From the NCBI GenBank assembly GCA_903894955.1, contig CAITSA010000001.1:3769-67768 (forward strand): a stretch of 64,000 nt of DNA. The letters run 5' to 3'. Origin of the DNA: an uncultured bacterium. GTDB taxonomy: Bacteria > Patescibacteriota > Minisyncoccia > Phycocordibacterales > UBA9973. Position 1 is the stretch's first letter. The number at the start of each line of letters is the position of its first letter. The notes beneath the pieces are model-generated. The model did not search any database and was not told where the DNA came from. It was given only the letters and a program-made list of their open reading frames with translations. Of this stretch, positions 57,569-64,000 are shown piece by piece. The position numbers and the translations under genes were made by a program.

Positions 57569-57970
57569 ATGGGTATAAATGATGAACCAGGGAAAAACTT
57601 AAGCAATGTCGAGAAGCAAGTTCCAAAAGATAAAGTAGAAAAATTAAATAATACTAATGTCGAGGGCCAAGTTCCAAAAGATAAAGTAGAAAAATTAGAA
57701 ATAACTGGTGCAATAAAAGATCCTGAAGTTGCAGGTGCTATAATTATTCAAGCTAAAGATGAAGCAGGTGATATTATTAGATACTCCTTCCGTAAAGATA
57801 ATGGAGGAAACATAACGGCAACTATAATGTGGGGGTCGGATTATCTTTCCAAAACTCACGGGGCACGAACTCTAGGAAAGAGTGAATTTGAAAAGTTAAG
57901 AAAGAATGGCGTTTTACAAGCTTATGAAACTGCCGTTGCTACTGAAAAAGTAGAAAGTAGTTTTCAATAG
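57569..57970 (+). CDS. Hypothetical protein with an internal 17-aa-period tandem duplication
   Basis: NVEKQVPKDKVEKL / NVEGQVPKDKVEKL; 51-bp period at 57605 and 57656. Confidence 0.6.
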   Translation: MGINDEPGKNLSNVEKQVPKDKVEKLNNTNVEGQVPKDKVEKLEITGAIKDPEVAGAIIIQAKDEAGDIIRYSFRKDNGGNITATIMWGSDYLSKTHGARTLGKSEFEKLRKNGVLQAYETAVATEKVESSFQ

Positions 57971-58003
57971 GTGAGCGAGATTAATCCTTACTTAACTTAA
58001 AAT

Positions 58004-58918
58004 TTACTGTTTGTTATGAAATTTTTTGTGTACTTCTCTTAATTGTTTGTCTGTTACGTGTGTATAGATTTGTGTAGTATTGATATTAGAATGTCCGAGC
58101 ATTGCTTGGACAGAACGAAGGTCAGCACCATTTGAAAGTAAGTCAGTAGCAAAGCAATGTCTTATTACATGTGGAGTTACCTTTTTTGATATTCCTGCAA
58201 TGGTGGCATATCTCTTTACAATTCTTTCAATCGAACGACTAGTTAGACCATCACTTTTTGATACTTCATCTTTGCCTTTTACAAAAAGGGCATCAGACAT
58301 ATCTTTTCTCAAAGCTAAATAATCTCTCACTGCTTTTTTTGCTTCATCAGATAAAAAAACCACGCGGACCTTGCCACCTTTGCCACGAATTGAAAATTCA
58401 TCTAAGTGTAAATCCAGATCATTTCTTAGTGAGCACAGTTCGGAAACACGCAGGCCGGTAGAAAAAAGCATTTCTAAAATTGCCTTATCACGGTACCTTC
58501 TTTCTAAGTTTCTTTCTTTATCTGGAGCGAGTAAAAGTCTTTTTAATTCTTCTTGTGAAATAATATCAATTTGTCTCTCATTGATTTTTGCCAGTTCTAT
58601 GTAATCGGCTGGTAGAGAAGCGATGTTTCTTTTTGTGAGAAATTTAAGAAAAGTCCGAAGAGCAATTAAATAATAATTTTGTGTTTTTTTTGTTACAGTA
58701 TTGCCAGTGGCACGGTTGTTTCCGGTTGACTGGCGATTGAGCCAAATCCGAAAATCTCGGACCTTGGTGTCCGTAATGTCTTTTGGGTCGGTTATTTTTG
58801 TTTGATTAAGAAAGACAGTCAAATAATGGTCGTAATTTTCTATTGTTCTAATAGCACGTCCTTTTTCTATTTCAATATATTCCAAAAATTCGGTTTTAAG
58901 CTGTTTAAGAGAGACCAT
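58004..58918 (-). CDS. XerC/XerD-family tyrosine recombinase
   Basis: TGLRVSEL, GKGGKVR, TPHVIRHCFAT, LGHSNINTTQIY. Confidence 0.93.
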   Translation of the reverse strand: MVSLKQLKTEFLEYIEIEKGRAIRTIENYDHYLTVFLNQTKITDPKDITDTKVRDFRIWLNRQSTGNNRATGNTVTKKTQNYYLIALRTFLKFLTKRNIASLPADYIELAKINERQIDIISQEELKRLLLAPDKERNLERRYRDKAILEMLFSTGLRVSELCSLRNDLDLHLDEFSIRGKGGKVRVVFLSDEAKKAVRDYLALRKDMSDALFVKGKDEVSKSDGLTSRSIERIVKRYATIAGISKKVTPHVIRHCFATDLLSNGADLRSVQAMLGHSNINTTQIYTHVTDKQLREVHKKFHNKQ

Positions 58919-58955
58919 ATTGCAATTATAACAGTTTTGTGTTAATATTGTGAGT

Positions 58956-59219
58956 ATGTTAGCTACTAAGAAAAAGCAAGCAGTTATAAAGAAAAATCAA
59001 ATACACGAGAAAGATACAGGCTCTCCAGAGGTACAGGTGGCTGTTTTGTCTGTTCAAATTTCAGAATTAGCCAAACATTTAAAGAAACATAAAAAAGACA
59101 ATCATTCTCGTCGAGGGTTGATCAAAATGGTAGCTGACAGACGTACTCATTTGAAATATTTGGAACGCAAAAGTAAGCCTCGTTACACTGCCTTGATGAA
59201 GAAAATGGATCTAGCGTAA
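58956..59219 (+). CDS. rpsO: 30S ribosomal protein S15
   Basis: [27 protein letters not shown]. Confidence 0.97.
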   Translation: MLATKKKQAVIKKNQIHEKDTGSPEVQVAVLSVQISELAKHLKKHKKDNHSRRGLIKMVADRRTHLKYLERKSKPRYTALMKKMDLA

Positions 59220-59244
59220 AAAGGAAGATTTAAAACTCTTTCTT

Positions 59245-59337
59245 GGCATACTTTTTATAAAGCAATCTATCTGGCGAAGCTTCGCCAGCGAACTGCTCGG
59301 CTCGTCAGCCTGCGCAAGGCTTTCAAAAAAGTACGCC
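59245..59337. repeat. Branched structured repeat, copy D
   Basis: Outer IR GGCATACTTTTT / AAAAAGTACGCC; inner CTGGCGAAGCTTCGCCAG; core CTCGGCTCGTCAGCCT. Confidence 0.88.
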
Positions 59338-59372
59338 TGCAACAAGTTTTTAAATCTGCTATAATTAAGTAT

Positions 59373-59882
59373 ATGACAGTCATAAAACATAAAGAACAGA
59401 GAGTTGGAGTTTTTATTGATACTCAAAATTTATACCACAGTGCACGCAATTTATATCAAGCGCGAGTTAATTTCGGTGCAGTTTTGAAAGATGCAGTAGC
59501 TGGACGAAAGCTTGTGCGGGCAGTGGCTTATGTTATCACCACTGAAGCGGGGGATGAGAAGAATTTTTTTGAAGCACTTTCTAAACTTGGGATTGAAACA
59601 AAAACAAAAGATTTACAAATATTTGCTGGAGGTGCAAAAAAGGCAGATTGGGATGTAGGTCTTGCCGTTGACGCTATTAAAATGTCTCCTCGATTGGACT
59701 CGGTGGTAATTATTTCTGGGGATGGAGACTTTGTTCCGTTGGTAGAATATTTACAGACTATTGGTGTGCAAGTTGAAGTTGTTTCATTCGGTAAATCAAC
59801 TTCTGGGAAACTCCGTGAGGCGGTGGATGATTTTGTAGATTTGTCTGAAAATCCTAGAAAATATTTAATGGGGATGAAATAA
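59373..59882 (+). CDS. NYN (LabA/DUF88, PIN-like) domain protein
   Basis: FIDTQN, KADWDVGLAVD, SGDGDFVPL, VDDFVDL. Confidence 0.9.
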   Translation: MTVIKHKEQRVGVFIDTQNLYHSARNLYQARVNFGAVLKDAVAGRKLVRAVAYVITTEAGDEKNFFEALSKLGIETKTKDLQIFAGGAKKADWDVGLAVDAIKMSPRLDSVVIISGDGDFVPLVEYLQTIGVQVEVVSFGKSTSGKLREAVDDFVDLSENPRKYLMGMK

Positions 59883-60026
59883 TTTTTACATTTTAATCAA
59901 TAGATGCTAATATAAATTTAGTTTATCAGTTAATTAAAGTTCGCCTTTAGATAGAGATAGTGTCTCACTTTTTTGTGAAACAATACTTTATTCTGGAGGG
60001 GAACTAGCCTTTAAATGGGCGAATAT

Positions 60027-62165
60027 ATGCAAAAAAAAGAATATAGTGTAGAGATTGGCGGAAAAACATTAACGGCTATTTTTACTGATTTAGCTGAACA
60101 AGCTCATGGTTCAGTAATATTAAAATATGGAGAAACAATTGTTCTGGCCACTGTTTGTATGTCTCATGACAAACAAAAAGGTTTAGGATATTTTAATTTG
60201 ACAGTTGATTATGTAGAAAAATTTTATGCAGCTGGAAAAATTTTAGGTTCACGTTTTGTTAGACGAGAAGGGAGACCTTCAGAAGAAGCTATCCTTGCCA
60301 GTCGAGTTATCGACAGGACTCTTCGTCCACTTTTTGATCAATCGATTCGTCACGCGGTGCAAGTCATTGTGACGGTTCTTTCGGTAGACGACAATGATCC
60401 GACGATTTTAGCAGTTAATGCAGCCTCTCTCGCTTTAGCTGTTTCGAATATTCCATGGAATGGTCCTATTGGTTGTGTGCGTATTGGTAAATACGATAAC
60501 GATAATCTAATCATCAATCCAGCCCAGTCTTTGCGTATAGATGAGGATACTCAATATAAGTTTGACCTAACTGTTTGCGGGAAAGATGGAAATATAAATA
60601 TGATTGAAGCCTCTGCCCGTCAGAGCAAGGAAGAAGAATTAGAAGAAGCCTTAGAAAAGGCAAGTATTGAAATAACTAAACTAGAAAATTTTCAAAAGAA
60701 AATAGTGGGAGAAATAGGTAAAGAAAAAAGAATTATTGAGAAAGAAATAATTTCTCCAGAATCAGTGGCTTTATTTAATGAAAATATTTTACCCAAAATG
60801 GAGGAAGCACTTTTTGGCGAAGCGGGCCTGCCTGCGCAGTCAGGCAAAAAGAAAATAGATGATTTGCATAATATGTGGAATAAAATGGTGCAGGATAAAT
60901 TCAAAGACCGAGACGATTTCTTCTTAGAAGATAATTTGTTTGATGATGCAGAAAATGAAATCTTGCACAAAAAAGCGATAGCAGAAAACAAAAGAGCTGA
61001 TGGAAGAAAGATGGACGAACTTCGTGATTTATATGCTCAAGCCGGAGGATTTTCGAGTAAATTACATGGTTCGGGAATTTTTTATCGTGGAGGAACACAT
61101 GTGCTTTCAGTCCTCACCTTAGGTGGTCCTGAAGATAGAAATTTAGTTGATGGCTTACAGTTGAAAGTAGAGAAAAGATTTATGCATCATTATAATTTTC
61201 CTCCTTATTCTGGAGGAGAAGTAGGAAGATCAGGTTTTACTAATCGCCGAGAAATTGGACATGGAGCCCTCGCCGAAAAAGCTCTAGCGATGGTTCTGCC
61301 TTCAGTTTCAGAATTTCCATATACCATGAGAATTGTTTCTGAATCAATGGCTTCTAATGGTTCTACTTCACAAGCAAGTATTTGCGCTTCTATTCTCGCC
61401 TTGATGGATGGCGGAGTGCCAATTAAAGCACCTGTCGCTGGCATAGCGATGGGCTTGATGATTGAAGATGATGCAAAATACAAAATTTTGACTGACATTC
61501 AAGGACCCGAAGATCATCATGGTGATATGGATTTCAAAATTGCTGGAACGAGAATTGGTGTTACCGCTATCCAGCTTGATGTAAAAGTAGAAGGAGTATC
61601 GATAAAAATATTAGGGGAAGCAATGAGACAAGGAAAAATTGCACGGGTAGTTATTATTGATAGACTAGAAAAAGAAATTCCAAAATCCCGAGACAATATT
61701 TCTCCAAACGCACCAAAGATTTTAATTATTAAAATTAATCCTGAAAAAATTGGTTTAGTGATTGGTGGTGGAGGAAAAACAATCAAAGAAATTAAAGAAA
61801 AATCTGGCGCGGAAATAACCATTGAAGATGACGGAACTGTTTATTTGACCGGAAAAGATGGATCAGCTGAAAAAGCAAAAGAATTAGTTGAAGAGATGAC
61901 TCATGAATTTAAAGTGGGGGAAATGTTGAAAGGTGAGGTTATGAAAATTCTTGATTTTGGAGCTTTTGTGGCCTTGAATCCTTTCACGGATGGAATGGTG
62001 CATATTTCTGAAATAGCACCATTTCGCGTCGAGAGAGTATCAGATATAATAAAGGAAGGGATGATTGTTCCAGTGAAAGTTATCTCTATTGATAAAGAAA
62101 GAGGGAAAATTGGTCTATCTATTAAAGAAGCGGATAAAGATTTTTTTAATGGCGGAAAAAAATAA
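60027..62165 (+). CDS. pnp: Polyribonucleotide nucleotidyltransferase (PNPase)
   Basis: LTVDYVEK, RREGRP, SRVIDRTLRPLF, RREIGHGALAE, SNGSTS, GDMDFK, KH and S1 domains. Confidence 0.97.
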   Translation: MQKKEYSVEIGGKTLTAIFTDLAEQAHGSVILKYGETIVLATVCMSHDKQKGLGYFNLTVDYVEKFYAAGKILGSRFVRREGRPSEEAILASRVIDRTLRPLFDQSIRHAVQVIVTVLSVDDNDPTILAVNAASLALAVSNIPWNGPIGCVRIGKYDNDNLIINPAQSLRIDEDTQYKFDLTVCGKDGNINMIEASARQSKEEELEEALEKASIEITKLENFQKKIVGEIGKEKRIIEKEIISPESVALFNENILPKMEEALFGEAGLPAQSGKKKIDDLHNMWNKMVQDKFKDRDDFFLEDNLFDDAENEILHKKAIAENKRADGRKMDELRDLYAQAGGFSSKLHGSGIFYRGGTHVLSVLTLGGPEDRNLVDGLQLKVEKRFMHHYNFPPYSGGEVGRSGFTNRREIGHGALAEKALAMVLPSVSEFPYTMRIVSESMASNGSTSQASICASILALMDGGVPIKAPVAGIAMGLMIEDDAKYKILTDIQGPEDHHGDMDFKIAGTRIGVTAIQLDVKVEGVSIKILGEAMRQGKIARVVIIDRLEKEIPKSRDNISPNAPKILIIKINPEKIGLVIGGGGKTIKEIKEKSGAEITIEDDGTVYLTGKDGSAEKAKELVEEMTHEFKVGEMLKGEVMKILDFGAFVALNPFTDGMVHISEIAPFRVERVSDIIKEGMIVPVKVISIDKERGKIGLSIKEADKDFFNGGKK

Positions 62166-63027
62166 TAATAAAATAAATAAGGTATTTGCGGAAACTTATG
62201 CTGAAGATATGGCGGAGGTAATTGAAAATAACAAAGATGGCTTAGTAAAAAAAATAATTCACGGGGAGGAAGAGCACGAAAAAGAAAAGAAAAATTTATC
62301 TCCAGAATCAACCCAAAACAAAGTTTTTATGCTGATTAGCCTTTTACTTGTAATTATCGCTTTGCTTATCTTATCTTTTTTCGTTTTTAAAAAAGACGAC
62401 AATGCAGTGACAGTAGAGAAGCAATTTGTTCCTATTATTTTTAATGATCAAAGCACTTTTCTAGAAATTTCTACTTTGAATAAAGAAGAAATAATGCAGA
62501 CTATTTCAAGTGAAGTGAATAACACGAAGGTGCAAACAGGAGGAGTGGAAGGAATTTATCTTACAGAAAATAAGCAAATTGTAGGACTGAGAAGGTTCCT
62601 CTCCTTAATCAAGAGTAATTTTATTCCAGGTGATAATACTCTTTTTGTTAATGATGATTTTATGATGGGAGCGGTCCTGACTGGGTTGAAGTCTACTTCA
62701 CCTAAGGCTGGGGATTTCTTTATTTTACTGAAAGTTCGTTCTACGGTGGATATTTTTGATGCTCTCCGTGCTTGGGAAGGAAAAATGTTTTCTGATATGT
62801 ACAAATTTTTTGGAGTCACTATTTCAAAAGACACAAATTATCTTTTCACAAAAGAATTTCAAGATGGGGTGGTGGAAAATAAAAATGCTCGTATTCTTTA
62901 TGGTCAAGATGGTCAAATAATAATGATGTATATTTTTGCTGACGATGGTTCTGTTCTTATCACGGATTCTCAACCTGTCGCACATGAAATTATGCTCCGC
63001 CTCGCTTCTGCTCAAAAGAAGCAGTAG
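62149..63027 (+). CDS. Single-pass membrane hypothetical protein
   Basis: ETYAEDMA N-terminus, one TM helix, extracytoplasmic domain; likely start ATG 62149 overlapping the pnp stop. Confidence 0.7.
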   Translation: MAEKNNNKINKVFAETYAEDMAEVIENNKDGLVKKIIHGEEEHEKEKKNLSPESTQNKVFMLISLLLVIIALLILSFFVFKKDDNAVTVEKQFVPIIFNDQSTFLEISTLNKEEIMQTISSEVNNTKVQTGGVEGIYLTENKQIVGLRRFLSLIKSNFIPGDNTLFVNDDFMMGAVLTGLKSTSPKAGDFFILLKVRSTVDIFDALRAWEGKMFSDMYKFFGVTISKDTNYLFTKEFQDGVVENKNARILYGQDGQIIMMYIFADDGSVLITDSQPVAHEIMLRLASAQKKQ

Positions 63028-63032
63028 AAATT

Positions 63033-64000
63033 TTATTTTATTTTCTCAATTTTTTCCCACGGGAGATTTTTTTTGCCAAAGTGGCCATAAGTGGCAGTTT
63101 GTTTAAAAATTGGTTTACGAAGATTAAGTTTTTCTATGATGGCAAGTGGTTTAAAGTCAAAATTTTTCTGAACAATTTGTGATAAATCTTCACCTTTTTC
63201 ATTTTTTGCTTCGATCATTAGAGGTTCAGCCATACCGATAGCATAAGCAACAGACACGAGCACTTCTTTTCCATAACCATTCGCGACAAGATTTTTAGCG
63301 ACAAAACGTGCCATATAAGCACCCGAACGGTCAACTTTTGTAGCGTCTTTCCCGGAGAAAGAACCACCACCGATCGATATTTGCGGTCCATAATTATCAA
63401 TGATTAATTTTCTACCAGAGAGCCCTGTATCTGCATCAAACCCTCCCAATGTCCATTCTCCCGCGGGATTAATTATATATGTATCAGCCTTAATTATTTT
63501 TTTAGTTAATTTTAAAAGTTCTTTATTTTTTGTATTTTGAAAACTGGCGACCACGGTCAATACTTTGCCATTTTCTATTGTTACTTGTGTTTTGCCATCA
63601 TATGGATAGACCGAAAATATTTTTTGGCATAAATTACGAGCTAAAACATATTCAAGAGGTAAATATAGAGGGGTCTCATTGGTTGCATATCCCTTCATAA
63701 TTCCTTGATCTCCAGCTCCGCCATTATCCACTCCATGTGCAATTTCTGGACTTTGTAAAACAATATTGATTATTATTTTGTAATTTGGTCCGACAATTTT
63801 TCTAACTAACTTTTCTATATTTATATTACTTTTTGAAGTTACTTCGCCATTGATGGTTATCAAATTGTGTCCGCCCATTATTTCAATTGCAGTTCGACTT
63901 TTTTTATCCTTTTTTAAATAAGCGTCTAAAATACTATCGGCGATAAAGTCACAGATTTTGTCCGAATGTTTTGGGCTTACAAATTCAGCTGTTTTTTTCA
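63033..64000 (-). CDS. metK: S-adenosylmethionine synthetase (start codon cut by the window edge)
   Basis: (M)KKTAEFVSPKHSDKICDFIAD, GAGDQG, DGKTQVT, DTGLSGRK, GGGSFSGKDATKVDRS, YGHFG. Confidence 0.95.
   Translation of the reverse strand, partial: KKTAEFVSPKHSDKICDFIADSILDAYLKKDKKSRTAIEIMGGHNLITINGEVTSKSNINIEKLVRKIVGPNYKIIINIVLQSPEIAHGVDNGGAGDQGIMKGYATNETPLYLPLEYVLARNLCQKIFSVYPYDGKTQVTIENGKVLTVVASFQNTKNKELLKLTKKIIKADTYIINPAGEWTLGGFDADTGLSGRKLIIDNYGPQISIGGGSFSGKDATKVDRSGAYMARFVAKNLVANGYGKEVLVSVAYAIGMAEPLMIEAKNEKGEDLSQIVQKNFDFKPLAIIEKLNLRKPIFKQTATYGHFGKKNLPWEKIEKIK

Noticed and set aside
14650..59337. CRISPR array or integron attC cassettes as an explanation for the repeats
   Set aside because: Repeats are dispersed with no regular spacers or cas genes, there are no RYYYAAC/GTTRRRY ends, and the tyrosine recombinase looks like a plain Xer with no integron-integrase insertion
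59211..59426. 71-aa ORF containing AQADEPS
   Set aside because: It is the translation of structured repeat copy D and overlaps rpsO and the NYN gene antisense

Overview
AT-rich chromosomal segment spanning the replication origin of a bacterium whose gene content and style point to Patescibacteria/CPR, probably Parcubacteria (inference). Housekeeping content: dnaA-dnaN with DnaA boxes, rpmH-rnpA-yidD-yidC-jag, polA, ruvB/ruvC, tyrS, a class A PBP, pcrA, rsmA, xth, a Xer recombinase, rpsO, pnp, metK, four tRNAs and a parS cluster. It also carries a complete aspartate-to-meso-DAP operon, a GGPP-synthase/UbiA pair and a CPR-type VirB4/PrgI/VirB6/pilin (T4SS-like) cluster. The most striking signal lies outside the gene list. 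(1) About 13 short GC-rich palindromic elements sit in frame inside mostly housekeeping genes, and several share a CYTGYC end. (2) A six-copy branched structured element has a covarying GGCY-GRCG-RGCC hairpin. (3) A 278-bp GIY-YIG mini-element has perfect terminal inverted repeats and inserts without disrupting a start codon. (4) Three dispersed Cys-rich paralogues have conserved ends and variable middles; one splits the yidD-yidC operon. All calls come from reading the sequence; no database searches were run.
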